From assembly GCA_051294905.1 (NCBI GenBank), contig CM119371.1, forward strand, positions 27,096,001 through 27,160,000: 64,000 bases of DNA, in the 5' to 3' direction. The position numbers and the translations under genes are program-made. This DNA comes from Botryllus schlosseri (Eukaryota). Below the pieces are notes generated by a model. It had not been told where the DNA came from. It searched no databases and saw only the letters and a list, made by a program, of their open reading frames with translations. This document shows positions 25,257-38,332 of the stretch, piece by piece; the first letter of the stretch is position 1; each line of letters begins with the position of its first letter.

Positions 25257-28200
25257 ATGGTTTGTGTTGCGTTAATCATATTTTTACTTGTGACCTCGGT
25301 ATCGGTTCCAAGTGTATTCTGTCAAGAAGTTACTGGTAATAGTTAAAGATCGATTTTAGTTGAGACCGCTGTGTAAAAATCATCAATGTCTCCAAGGTAC
25401 GAATGATGAGACACCACCGGCAGAAACAGTTGAAGCGGAAACAGTCGAGCCACAGGTTACATCAGGTTTTGAGAAGATGCTCCCGCACTATAGAGGCGGA
25501 TCGATTTGATATCTGTGTTGTGTTTTCTCAGACGAAGGAGAAGACGCTGATGCGATGGAATCGTTTGACATGAGGAAAATACTAATTCAAGGTATTGATA
25601 ATTTGAGCTGTAGGCTATTCATAATTACGGTAGCCTAGGCCTACTCTAATGCACAGATTGCCCACTCTGTAAATGAACATCTTTGAATATTTTACATATT
25701 CCAACTAAAGCCGGATGGCCCCCGACTCATTTCTCGAAATTATGTTATAATATATAAAAAAAAATGATCCAGGTAATTTATTGAGAACTGGCAAGGCCAA
25801 CCAAATTTCGATTAGCCTGACTGCGAAAGTTGGGATGTTGATGACAAAAATAGCAGTTCCCACGCATTTGCGTAGCCAGGGGCCAACCGTATTTGCCTAG
25901 ATCAAGGGTGGGCAAACTTTTGAGCTCGCGGGCCGCATTCAACATCTGAATCCATTCGCGGGCCGCACTATGTAAAATTGGGATTAAATACCAAAAAGCA
26001 ATATTGATGGTATTTGATTACATAGTGAGGACATGGAGATAATATATATGCTTTCTTAAAACAAACCAAATATTGCTATGATGATATCGTACACGCGCCA
26101 GAAACAATGGCGAGATTTCATAGGCTGGTCGATTAGTCCAATTTGTCAAAATTATAGTGATGAAAGTCTGTTGTCCCGGTTCTCAGAACAGGATTCAAAT
26201 TTAAATCTGTGAGCAGTAATCTGTTCATAGATTTACTAATTCCACTTTTGGCTCAGTTCCAGGACACACAATGCTGACGGCATCGTAACCATCTTAGCTG
26301 CAAACGCGCTTCTACTATATGTGTAGATAAAATATAAATACTCTAATTCTACGCATACAGAGAACGAATCTATTTAAGACACGCGCAAATCGTTTTTATA
26401 GGCACATCACTGAAATAATTAAAACTGGAGTGGCCAATCTGAAATCACTGTCGTGATCCGAATTACGTCTATCTCGTTTAGGATTTCTGTGATGTTTAGC
26501 AGTTGAAACCTTTCAAACTGCGTGGGCTTTGAGATCGGGCTGTCGCGCCAGAAATGAAACATGAAAAATAATATAGGAAGTATTTACCTTAGAAAAGTGG
26601 TTCTCGAACTTTTTAAGACATGTTCCCGCTTATGATTGTGAAAGATTTCGCGCCCCCTTATCGTCATATCACAAAACGCAATCAGAATGCTATAGCATTA
26701 GTTTGGTGGCATGGAGGTTAATACTCTTGATGAGAGATTTTTCAATTTGAAATTCATACTAAATACAGAGCAATAATGAATTGGAAGTAATCGCGCAGAG
26801 CGCGAAAAAAATTTTCAGCCGAGTTCAGCTTCGCGATCTCCTTCAGATGCTTTGACGACCTCAAGGGGCACGCGTCTCCCAGGTTGAAAACCACTGCCTT
26901 AGAAATATCACGATGAAATATACTAAGAAAAAGTTTAGTCAAGTCCCTGCATTAATTCGATTTAATTAAATAGTATATTCATATTGAAATGAACCCGAAT
27001 ATTTTCGGCGGACACTCGTCAGGGGTAATCGTCAGCAACTAGTAGAGAATTGGAAAGAACATTGTATATCAACAATCGTATCACAAAATATGACGTCACC
27101 AGCATGAAATTTCGAATGAGAGAGCGATTTAGTACGCATTTTATCAATAATTTTAATAATAAGTTTCTTTAGACTCTCGCGGGCCGCACAGATCGGTGTT
27201 GCGGGCCGCATGCGGCCCGCGGGCCGTAGTTTGCCCACCCCTGGCCTAGATCTTTGTATATGACCATGACCTTAGAGTGGAATATTTCGCGGCTGATTCG
27301 TTTGACTTGATATTTTTCTTAGCACCTCGCGCGATATATTGTCACCCAAATTGTTGCTTTCAGCATTGGTGCCCTCACAGATATTTGAGAATATAAAATA
27401 CCCCCAATTTACAGAATTTAGTCAAACTATATTCGCAATTATGAGAGAACGTTTGGTCCAGCATGCAACTTTGCGTCTGCCATGGAACCGTTGCTCAAAA
27501 TGATGAACGCATGGTCACTGAAATCATCGATATTTATATGTCCAAGCACCGAATAATCCTGTCATTGCCGAATGAGCCCAGATATATATACAGAGGCGAC
27601 CCGCAAGATATGCAAGTATTATTATTATAGTCCGAATTCACTATGAAAAAATTTCGCGATCCGCGCGACTAGGCCGTCACTGCACCCCGAGTTTTCATGA
27701 CATACTTGTTGTCGATTTTGATGCTTAGTAATATAAGTCTTGTAGTGACCGTTACCTATAATTGGGTTCGCTCCTATCGGACGACTAAAAAAGGTCATCA
27801 ACATTCAAGAGGCCCGCCCGTAAATATCATGTGCCCCGTGGCCCGAAAAAGTTGACCACCCCTGCACTGAAGCGGTATGGTTCAATGGGATCACTGACTG
27901 CTGTTCATGGTACAAATTTATGCTTTCACACCAAGTCCAGTTAGCGATTATGAGCCCAATGTATTCGTGAAGACGTATATAACGGTAATGCGGAGGGTTC
28001 TGTGTACGGGAACCATCATCTGGGGCAGTATGACGCACCTCTCCCGTTAGGACTTAATGAAGTTTAGCAATTCACTTTTTATTCTAGATTTCACTAAGCT
28101 CCTCAGGAAGTTGACGCGGGAGCTTAATACCAGTATGTGATTTTGTTGAGCTTCAACTGATTGGAAGTAACAACTAATATGACTAACTTTTAGCGTCGCC

Positions 28201-28988
28201 GGAAGAAGCCACGAAACTGCTACAAGCTTTGCTGTGGAATCACTATGACGAGGAAGGGAACGTAGTGAGAAGCCTATCTGCCAGTGAGTAGATTTAGGCT
28301 TCCATATTTTCTATTGCAGTGCGTTAAACAACCGGTTCTCGTTCACATAGATGATACAGGAATTGCCGATAACCTGAAGGTACTGGATCAACATCCAGGA
28401 AACACATGTATGACTTTAACTCATTCTAGATAGTAATGAACTTTGAATATGTGCGATATATTCCTAGTTATCGTGTCCGTGCAGAGGAGTGTAACAACTC
28501 ACGAACCGCGTGAAGAATTTTGTCGCGTGAATTATGAAGAAAAATGCTTTTGGCTTGAATTTGACTACGGGGTCGGGATGACATGCAGGCAAGCGCGACA
28601 TATCTGCGCATCTAAAGGTGGCCGTTTGGCGTACATATACTCTCCGGAGCATTTAAAAATTTTGCAAAGTTACGTGAAGACGTTGGCCGTAGAGAAAAAT
28701 GAACTCCCGTATACAGCTATCTTCAGTTGGATTGGATTTCGTTACAGTTCGGAGGTCTGTTATGCATTATCCTCGAACCTTGACTATTTGATCGATTACT
28801 TTCGACTTTTTCAGAATCAGATTGTATTTCCTGACGGTAGCCCGGCGCCCTACCCGATCTGGCAACCGGTGGAGCAAAACCAGTGCGTGGCAGTCCTAAC
28901 GACGATGTTCTGGAGTGATGACAGTGAAGGGTTTTATAATCGTGCTCGCACGGATACTGCCGAGAGTGTGATCTGCGAGGTCGTGTGA
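25257..28988 (+). CDS. Secreted C-type lectin-like protein, copy 3 (complete). Exons 25257-25335, 25397-25465, 25532-25591, 28088-28132, 28194-28283, 28351-28407, 28468-28754, 28815-28988
   Basis: Signal peptide MVCVALIIFLLVTSVSVPSVFC; acidic linker; six phase-1 GT-AG introns and one phase-0 intron (six are 60-67 bp, one ~2.5 kb); open frame ends in a CTLD (..KCFW..ARHICASKGGRLA..WIGFRY..NQC..VICEVV*). Confidence 0.88.
25903..27243. mobile_element. hAT MITE in lectin copy 3 intron 3
   Basis: TIRs CAAGGGTGGGCAAACT / AGTTTGCCCACCCCTG; perfect TSD GCCTAGAT; GCGGGCCGC motifs. Confidence 0.9.
26595..26896. mobile_element. hAT MITE nested in 25903-27243
   Basis: Ends AAGTGGTTCTCGAAC / GGTTGAAAACCACTG; perfect TSD CCTTAGAA. 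Confidence 0.85.
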
Positions 28989-30787
28989 TCGGAATATTCA
29001 ATAAGCCAACTATTTAATTTCAACTCGTTTGTTCCCTTTGCGAATAAACAGATGTAAAGCGAATTCGGATTTGTGGTGGATTTTTAATTGTTGTTGGGCT
29101 GTTGCTCTTGTATGCTACTGCGTTCAACCTCGTAGCATGTCAATTTCCTGAATGAAGGTCCCTTCTGCGGGAAGCCCAACCTAACTATGAAAAATCGGGA
29201 AGGCGGACTGATTCAAGTCTTAAAGCCGTTAGCGTAGGCGAGTCGTGCAAATATTGTGTGCTAGCTATGTTCACCATATTATCGTTGTAAAAAATATACT
29301 GAGCAATTACTGTAACCATAGACGCTGAGTTACGGGGTGGTGGCCACTGCATACAAAATGCTTAAACGCCCGCCTTCTGCTCCGTACTTGCGCGTAGATT
29401 CGTCCACACGATGAAGCTTGTTCGATCCATGTATTGTGGGCGAATGTACTTCACAGTAATAAATGGATGCTAACATGGTAAATTTGAAATATATTCAAAT
29501 CCCTCTCTTTTTATTCAAACCCCTCCGTTTTTCCTTCTGGCCACACCATGAAAAAAATCAAAGCGCCGATGACTGTAACCCTACCCCGATCACTCGCTCT
29601 TTATACCTGGAAGCATGTTACAGCAAGACCGACGATAAGTCCGATTGCATAACGAATTCTCCAAGAGACTCGCTGGCACACAATGCCACCAGCGATCCAC
29701 ACAACTATCTTGGACAAGCACATATGCGTGCACTAAAACACACCGCTATCCATTATATAGCTTCGAAAAATCTTCTGAATAATCACTACACAATAATCTA
29801 CAACAGTACTTTTCAACCATTTCGAGCTCCCTTCGCACTTTAAAAACATATTACATTCGCACCAGCCATCCAGGCTTTATTACATGACGAAAATGAAGTA
29901 AGTTATCACCTTTTGTATTCGAGGAGTTTCTTGGAGGTACAGAGCGTCATTATTTACGTTCAGCGTAGCGTATTATTGATTAATCAAGTACTATAATCAC
30001 TACAGTAATAAAATCATTGATATCGCACTCGCGTTGTTCTGAAGGTGTTCGCTGCTTTTTCTTGGGCTATTGTGCATTGATTTTCTGCGAAGCGAGGGCG
30101 AACCCAAGAACAATATTCACTCGCAACGATATCACTTTTCCACTAAATTGACATGCTACGTCATCGCGATGTGCATGCTTCCGCATTTAGAACGCAAAAA
30201 AGAGTGAGACTGTACTTGAATCGAGGCATCAATGTTGCGACTAGCTCTTAGGGCGGTAATGGCAAATTGACTGAAATAATGCCAAATTATCTGTAATATT
30301 TCAAATATCATTTTAAATACAGAGGAATAAGTTTCAACAATCCAAGTAAGCTTAAAGTGGTCTGCAGAAGGAATATGGGAAAACACACATCTTGGTGGAT
30401 TTAATTTTGCTCTGCACAAGGTGCTCAAGATGAATCGGTAGAGTTCGCAATATTACAAAGTTTGTAGTACAAACAAAGGCGGTACGAATACGGTACGAAG
30501 ACGAACTAGACATTTTTTTCTGTGGATCAACAAGCTTAGTGATATCACCAATTAATTATATAGGCCAATGCCTTGAGGATATAGACTCGTTCTGAAATCA
30601 GCAGTCCGAGAATTGGAAAGCTTGTCTAAGCCTATGGTATAGTTCACATTGCAAACAGGCTATTGTAAAGGTCAGTAGATAAACTGCCCAGTGACTTAAT
30701 AATGCGACGTAAAGCAGGATAAAGATTTATCGGACGTTAGACATCAATGTGCTTACTCTAATTTTATTTTTAACAGCCTCCAATACT

Positions 30788-31068
30788 TGGATAGCGTAGT
30801 GGTATAATCCACAGCTGCAACACCAATGGGTTGCGGGTTCGAGTCTGACCGAGGTCGTCTCCAAAAATCTTCGGGCGACTCCAAAAATCCTACCTAAGTG
30901 TTGGAGACTTATCTATGCTCCTCCCTGCCATCTCATCCGTGTAAGCGATGTCTAGAAGTCGCCCGTGCTACAAATCGGCAGCTACGGAATAAAATTGAAG
31001 AAATTTGGCCTGGTGTAAATAACCATAGGAGTCGACAAACACCATGAATTCCTCAAAAACAAACAAAC
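30788..31068 (+). mobile_element. tRNA-derived SINE
   Basis: TAGCGTAGTGG A-box and GGTTCGAGTC B-box; (AAAC)n-like tail at ~31055-31068. Confidence 0.55.
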
Positions 31069-33186
31069 TAGGTTGGGTACGCGACTACACGTGTAAACAA
31101 CACTTGTTACAGATCTAATGTGTTAATTGTTATGGTTGAAGAAAGACGCAAGTGCCAACGTCATAATCGCAAGATTCTGGTGCCAACCAGCGTGAGCATT
31201 GAACACGTGCCAAATTCCAATACTTTGTATTGAAATATGCTAAATGTCAACACTGGCATCGGCTGCTATTACCTACAAGGTCCGTACACGGCGGATGTTT
31301 GCGAACTACTTATACCAATTCCACTACTGACGTATTCCTCTCGCGCGGAAAAATTCTCTCCAACTTTGCCGTACAAACGCATCGGAAGCGTTCCTCACTT
31401 GTGAACTGGAAAACACTGCTATCAACAAGTATTTAGAATAGCGTCCAAACGACAAAAGTCACGGACTCACTGTACTCAGTATGCTATTAAGTTTATTTGA
31501 ATTGTTCCACGTCAGAAAAAGTGAGAAATATGGACAATCTTCATTCGCACTCATCCGAGATTTTCATTCGCACAACGCTAGTCATTCGCACCGAAAGTTC
31601 TTTTTCACTCGCACAAGTGCGAACCGTCACACAGCTTGAAAAGCAGTGATCTACAGTACTAATGACGGTCAAACTAAACCATTTGTCAATAGTATTTGAT
31701 TTTGAGTAGTTTATGGTAAATATACAGGGTTTATACCAGGGGCGGGCAACTTCTCCGAGTCGGCGAGCCGGCTATAGGAAAATTAAGTACGTGGCGGGCC
31801 GGATTGCTGAATCGATACATTATTCGCCCATTTATCCACGTATACAAGGAATAAATCGTATTTAATGAATGTATTTTAACGACAGCAATGCAAATTCAAA
31901 GCCATTTCTCGCCAATAATGACGAAGACAATGTGGATTTTAGAACAGCACTCTCATACAGCAGGGGTGGCCAATCTTTTGCCAGTCACGGCCGCATTTCG
32001 ACTACTCATGTAGCCTACGGCCGCATTCCAGGGAATAGTCGTAATGAGCTAGCAGGACGCCAAATACTCATGTTGAAGCGTCTATCTCCATTTCCGGCTC
32101 ACTCCGTACTAATCTATTAAATAATGTAGGCTGTTCATAGTCGCGCCAAGCGCGAAAATATTTTCAGATTCATTCATGAATTTCGTCATGAAAATTAGTA
32201 GTTCTACGTATCATTTCTCATCCCATGTGATCAAATTCACCGGTAGAGTTGGTGGAGGGTCGGTCAGGGCAGGCCAATTATTATTAGTCACTTTGTTGCA
32301 TGCTGCTCTTCGCATGTCTTGACCTCCCGTCAGGATTGTCGGTATAGTGAGGAGAACACGATTCCGAGTTGGTATTTCTATATGTGGCGCATCTGCTCGC
32401 AACTGTACTGTGGGGCTCTGATTGCAAAGTGCGCAACTATATTAAAATCAAAAAATAAAGTCGCATTGCGCGAAGAAACTTTCAAGAATAATTAAAATCT
32501 TTCAAGAAATCGGGAGTCAATTCGTCGACGGCCGCCACCTACACTGTAAATTTTGAAGTGTTGCTCAACCCGGAAAATTGAACACGAAACGTGATCAAAA
32601 AATTGAACGCCTAGAAGTGTTGCGAAGTGTTCAAATTTAAGGTGTTTACCTAAAAAGTGTTCAGTCTCAAAGTGGCTGGTTGACTAGTCACCGGAACGCA
32701 GGGCTCAAAGTAAAATCAGATTTTATTGATTCATGAATAAATGACGCTTATAATACCCAACCTGGGTGATTAAATACGTGCAAACATTGAAATTTCCAAT
32801 AGCTGCTGTGACAGGGTTCGGTTCCCTATGGGTTCGGTTTTCCATTATTATAATGGGGCTGTTCCACTTCATTTTGAACACGCGGTGGCGACAAAGGTAA
32901 CTCGACCCTAATCTGTTTTGTTGCTCTATGCTTTACTATGGGAATGGACTAAACACGGACCCAATTTCGTCTTTTGGCGTGCAACGAGGATGGTGTTGGT
33001 ATCCATATCAATATAAATCATTCATATGGATATCAAATAGCTGTTAGCCGACGAAAATGATGCGTTGGCTACAAATATAACTCGACCCAAATGTGTTATT
33101 GTGTTCATGCTGGACTACAGGATGCTTACGGATTATACTTGTATATGGAAGTTAAGTTATCACTGCGAAGTGCATTTTTGAGGAGG

Positions 33187-35289
33187 ATGGCGGATTATAA
33201 AACGATAACGCAATATTCGAAGGACTATTCAACGATGACTGTAGCTGAGTTGCAAGTAGAACTTGGGAAAAGACATGCTAAAGTCAGTGGGAAAAAATCC
33301 GATCTTCTGCAGAGGTATCGTATGATATGTTGAGTTACCCCACCGTACTACCAATTATATCTGCATTACAGGCTCCGAGCATATGACTTGAATTTGCGCG
33401 CATCAGCAGTACCAGTTCTTGTCCCTCCGAATGTTTCAGTATTATGGCCAGGGGAAGGATTTTCAGAGTTGAACTCGGAATCTGTAAAAGCGATTCCCAG
33501 TATACCACATCCTTTGATTGAGGGATACTTTACTTATCGCCTGGTGCTGGATAGAAAGAAAAGTGCAGACACTAAAGCATTGAATAAAGGGTGGTTAATG
33601 TATGAAGCTGGCAAACTTAGAACATGCAGTGTATTGAAGAAGGGAGAGTTTTATTATTTTTCTGGAATTGTAGCAGCTTCTATGAAGAAAAAGGTTTGTG
33701 ATTTCAATTGAAGTTAGGTCAATCTTGACTTTGTTGATCACTAATTAAAAAGCTGTATATGCGACTGGGAGAGCATAAGGGAAAGTTTCACTTGCTATGC
33801 AGTGTTCACTCTAGTTGAGAAGACGTTTTCAGCAAAAGAAATGCCTTTTATTATCTTATCTAGTTACAAACAGATTTGTGTATATATGTAACCTGTAATG
33901 CATCAGTCTTGCAGTCTAGAACAGTTGTGCGTGTATTTGAAAATTTTCAATAATTCATAAAAATATTTTTTAGGTGTTATACTATGTTAAACTGAAATTA
34001 AAATCTTCGGGTGAAACCCTCAATACAACATGCGAGTGCCCTGCTGGAGGTGGTGATCACGGAACATGCAAACATATTGCCTGCCTTCTGTTCACACTCA
34101 GTGAAAGTCAGAGTTATGGCCATCTTAAAGTTGGGAAAAGCTGCACTGATGTTCTGCAGACGTTCCATCACCCAACCAAATCTTATTCGGGTATGCCATA
34201 TTTCTTGATTTCATGATGAATGGCACAACCATGGTTGATATTTTCGGTAAATTCCCACACTCTAATTTCTAATTTCAGGATCACCATTGAAATCAAAAGA
34301 CCTTCGCACCGCTGCTAGTACGTCTGATGATGAAGACCCCAGACCGTTGAAATACCGGAAGACTGGCGGTTTCGATTATGACTCTTATGTGAGAAACTCG
34401 GTGTTTAAATTCTGCTATAACGAAGCCAAGGACATACCACTAAGGAAGCTGTATACGAAGGCCAACTTGGCAGTAGCTACTATGGAGCACGACTACTGCC
34501 AATATTCATGTTTCACAGAGTATTGGGTGGACAGAGGATGTGAGGTAAGTAGATTTTGTCTAGGGGAGAGAGTGAGGTCAAAGCTTGTCTTTTTGTTGAC
34601 ATTGTTCAACTGTTTAGATCACGTCTGAAAAGTGCAAAGCGTTAGAAAGAAAAACTAAAGAACAATCTAAGTGTGTGCTATGGCACTTGGAACGCAAGTG
34701 GCGGGTGACGGCAAGCCATTTCGGATCAATCTACCGTGCTCAGAGCAAGAACAGATGGGATTCTATTTGCAGCGCAATGTTTATAAGTAGGGAATTAAAT
34801 GTACCGTCAGTGGTACATGGTAAAACATATGAACCAATGGCCTTGAAACTATTTCAAAAGAAAACTGGATTGACTGTTGTGAAGTCGGGGCTTCATGTTC
34901 ACCCCAGCTTTCCCTACCTTGGTGCAACCCCTGATGGTCTAGTAGGGTCTGAATTTACAGTAGAAGTCAAATGCCCATATACTGGACGAGGAGAATCCCC
35001 TAAACCTGGACCTAATTTCCGTTTCGTGGTGTATGGCGAGGGTGGTGGAATTCAAATCAATAAAAACCATCCATATTACTGTCAAATTCAGGGTCAAATG
35101 GCTCTTAGCGCACGTAAAGGATGCTATTTTCTGGTGTATTGTCCTTGTGATGGAGATGCGGAAATACTCATTATCCTAGCTCTATTTGATGAGGAGTTCT
35201 GGCTCAGTGAATTGTTACCAAAACTGCAATGGTTTTATTATTTCTGTTATCGCCCTTTTGTTGCCAAAAATGCACCAGAATTGAACTGA
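33187..35289 (+). CDS. ISL2EU accessory protein: SAP + SWIM zinc finger + YqaJ/lambda-exonuclease-like PD-(D/E)XK nuclease. Exons 33187-33314, 33372-33693, 33974-34190, 34279-34544, 34618-35289
   Basis: MTVAELQVELGKRHAKVSGKKSDLLQRL (SAP); CECPAG..CKHIAC (SWIM); TKEQS..W..ERKWRVTASHFG, LGATPDGLV, EVKCPY, YYCQIQGQM (YqaJ); all four GT-AG introns phase-compatible. Confidence 0.9.
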
Positions 35290-35542
35290 ACGAATGTTCG
35301 AATATACCTATACGTTTTCTAGGTTCTCCATCATTGATTGTTGACAAATATACAGTAAACCAGTTCTGTTCCATTGTATTTTGTTATTGAATTTTCATCA
35401 ATTCAAAGCACGACAAGACTGCGATACAATGGAAAAAGACAGGAAGGTTTCGACATGACTTTGAAGCAGCCTTTGAAATTGGACAGTTGGACACCCATCC
35501 GGGCTTAGGCGATGTGAAGAGGGGGCATGCACAAACAGTTGG

Positions 35543-35677
35543 GTGTGGTACTTAAATGCTTTTGATTCCGAGATGAAGAAGTCATTGAAAATTTTTGGGC
35601 AGTGAAGGCAATGGAACTGATAAATGAACTTATTGTAGTTTACGCATATCTTATATGTTTAGGCCACCGAATCTTTT
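35543..35677 (-). mobile_element. Degenerate LINE ORF2 3' fragment inside the ISL2EU spacer
   Basis: Minus-strand YQFHCLHCPKIFNDFFISESKAFKYHT versus YQFHCGRCPEYFNDFFTSESKAHKYNT at ~61247-61330; DNA similarity continues to ~61390. Confidence 0.85.
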
Positions 35678-35755
35678 GAACGGTTAACCTGGTGGTGACC
35701 TCTTGATTTGTGGTGTTTTGAAATGATGTAAATGTTATTGAACTGATACTAGTGT

Positions 35756-37273
35756 CTAAGCATATTGGTCGACAATGCTGTTGCGAAAATTGCATATCAT
35801 GAAACACACGAAAATGATCTTATGAGTGTCAGGTATCCTTGATATATCAAGTTCCTTCTTGAGAATTTTGAACGTTTTAGCGAGGCCAATAATACGTTCA
35901 ATATGGATACGCTTTGATGCCACTCGTCTGTCCTGAATCACTTCTTTCGGATCAAGTTGACTCCTTGATTTCATGAGGTGATGCGTATTGACAAACACTC
36001 CCTTCGTAGCAAACAAGTCTTGCACCATTATGCCGCGGTCAGCCATTATGCTATCCCCAGGGTGAAGCATATCAGGGTTTGATAACAATTCAGACCTCTC
36101 CATAATCTGACGGTCTGTTGCTCTGCCTCCATATGTATCGGATACATAGGATACGAGTCCGGATGGTGAGCAGCCAATGATAGTCTTTAAGGTATTACGA
36201 TTTTTATAAGAAGAAAATGTTGCACTTTGCGCCAAAAGATCAGTTGGTTTTTGTATAGGAATTTCAGTTGCATCCAGGATAACTCTAGTTGTAGGAAACT
36301 TTTTCTTGAAGTCAAGTGGCATTGTTTGCTTCACTGTCTCACAACTAGGCCAAACTTCCAAGTCTTTTAATTGGTAATACAAAAAATCCAGCCATGTTTT
36401 AAATATTCTTCCCGCAGTCTGCTTTGATATTCCAAACATAATGGACAGTTCAAAATCCTCTTTAGCTTGCCTCAGCTTCATCAAGGCTAAAAACAGTTGT
36501 TCCTCTGGATTTAATGTCCAACAGCTGTAATTCAATTCGTAGGCGGACGGGCCAAGAGTGTTAAAAAAGAATTTGAAGTGGCTGTAATTGTCGAAAGAAG
36601 TATAATATTTCATGGCTTCATCGTTCGAATGATACATCTGGAGCGGATTTAATGTTGGTTGCGTATTGCTATGAGCTATGTATTGTTCAGGAATGGCAGA
36701 ATTGCTAGATTCGTAGCTCTTCTCAGTATTGTTAGGAGTTACCGTTATCGGTACTGCCGATTCAACAGTCTCCTCACGTTGTATATCGTGCACATGCAGG
36801 AAAACAGTACCCGTGACAGGTGGATCTTTTGTAACAGATTTAGGTGTCGACGGCTCTTTGTAATATTTTATTAGGCGTCTTCTGCAAGGTCTTGCTTTCT
36901 TGAAATCAAAGACTGACGGGACTGCATCTTTATTAAGCCTCATCAGATTACCTGTAATTCAAATAGATAATTATTATATATATAGTAGGAACTCCGGTCA
37001 GCAAATGTAAATTACATATGTTTGACAGGAATAATAACGCTTATGTAGCGAACTGATCGAAGTTCCCTTACCTGTAGCTGGTGATATGTGATAATCCTGT
37101 TGGGTGAAATGAGCCCTGCAAACAACTGCCCCAGGACCAGGGGTCCAAAGCTTTTGTTTGTTAACAGGATCTATCCTTTTAATAGCAATAATCCATTTTT
37201 CACGAACTGATGAATCTTTTGGGATTAAATGACCGCCACGTCTCACACAATGAGGCACACAACAACACGGCAT
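35756..37273 (-). CDS. THAP + HTH + DDE_Tnp_4-type transposase, ~465 aa. Exons 37273-37072 and 36951-35756
   Basis: THAP CCVPHC..W..VCRAHF..AVPSVF split by a 120-bp phase-1 intron; catalytic motifs ILDATE, MADRG, RIHIERIIG; no stops. Confidence 0.93.
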
Positions 37274-38039
37274 AATATGACTTTCGAGCACTATAACGTA
37301 CAGTTTAAGCTGCTAGACTAAATGTTTTGGGTCGAGTTACCTTTGTAGCCATCGCATCATTTTCGTCGGCTAAAAGCTATTTGATATCCATATGAATGAT
37401 TTATATTGATATGGATACCAACACCATCCTCGTTGCACGCCAAAAGACGAAATTGGGTCCGTGTTTAGTCCATTCCCATAGTAAAGCATAGAGCAACAAA
37501 ACAGATTAGGGTCGAGTTACCTTTGTCGCCACCGCGTGTTCAAAATGAAGTGGAACAGCCCCATTGACATACGGTAGGCTTTACATATAACTTTGATTCC
37601 AGGATTTTATAGCTGCTTCGAATTGAGTCGAGAAAATATACCAGACAAAGGACACATTGATTGTCTTTAGTACAAAAACTTTGTGACATCTTATCGAAGG
37701 TGTTGAATACTTTTCCTTCATTGCAGTAATTGTAACTGTACTCAATCTTTCAAAATCCTTCATTCCTGATTAAATTTAACTAACAAAATTAATTGGAATT
37801 AGCACGACATGGGAAATGATCTCCATTTGATGTTCCAAGTATAGTTCAGTAAGCAGTAGTTTAAATACAAGTTACACCAGATCTTTACATTCAACAACAC
37901 CTCTGTTCAATGTACACAGATCAAGCCTCTCTTCAGCTCATATAGCATATATAGATAGTTTTTGAGAAAATTGGGACTGCAAAATCCAGCACATTACATA
38001 ATCAATGGTGATATATGAAATGAATAAATAGACTTACAT

Positions 38040-38332
38040 CTACTCCTTATCGCTTCGACATCTTCCTGTCGTTTCATTGTATCGCATTTTTTGTGGTGTA
38101 TTGAACTGATAAAATTGCTAATAAACCAATGATGATGACATTAATGACTGATCTGAATGAAGTTTGTCGCCATTCGCCACACGACATTTCAATCTCCCAG
38201 AAAATAGGTAAATCCAATCCAAATCCTAATCCGTTCAGAAAAAAAATGTCTAATCCAAATCCAATCCAAATCCGACAAAATTTCACAAATCCTGTTTTTT
38301 CAAAACCTAATCCTAATCCATGCTCATCTCTG
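38040..38332. mobile_element. End of a hAT-like element with (ATCCAA/ATCCTA)n subterminal repeats (mirror 59454-59746)
   Basis: Hexamer array ending ..CATGCTCATCTCTG; explains the NPNP ORFs. Confidence 0.55.

Larger units (their letters stand above)
32855..37562. mobile_element. Full-length ISL2EU-type (PIF/Harbinger superfamily) DNA transposon, 4708 bp
   Basis: 237-bp TIRs (32855-33091, 37326-37562) starting GGGGCTGTTCCAC; AT TSD at 32853-54 and 37563-64; two convergent spliced genes (THAP-DDE transposase and YqaJ nuclease), the known ISL2EU layout. Confidence 0.93.

Noticed and set aside
28443..28988. Single-exon 181-aa lectin ORF
   Set aside because: Includes an in-frame 60-bp intron (28755-28814) and intronic 5' sequence; copy 2 has a 59-bp frame-breaking intron at the same site
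32855..37562. Viral or phage insertion, or Kolobok element, suggested by the YqaJ exonuclease
   Set aside because: Spliceosomal introns, DDE_Tnp_4-type transposase, GGG-starting TIRs and AT (not TTAA) TSD fit ISL2EU
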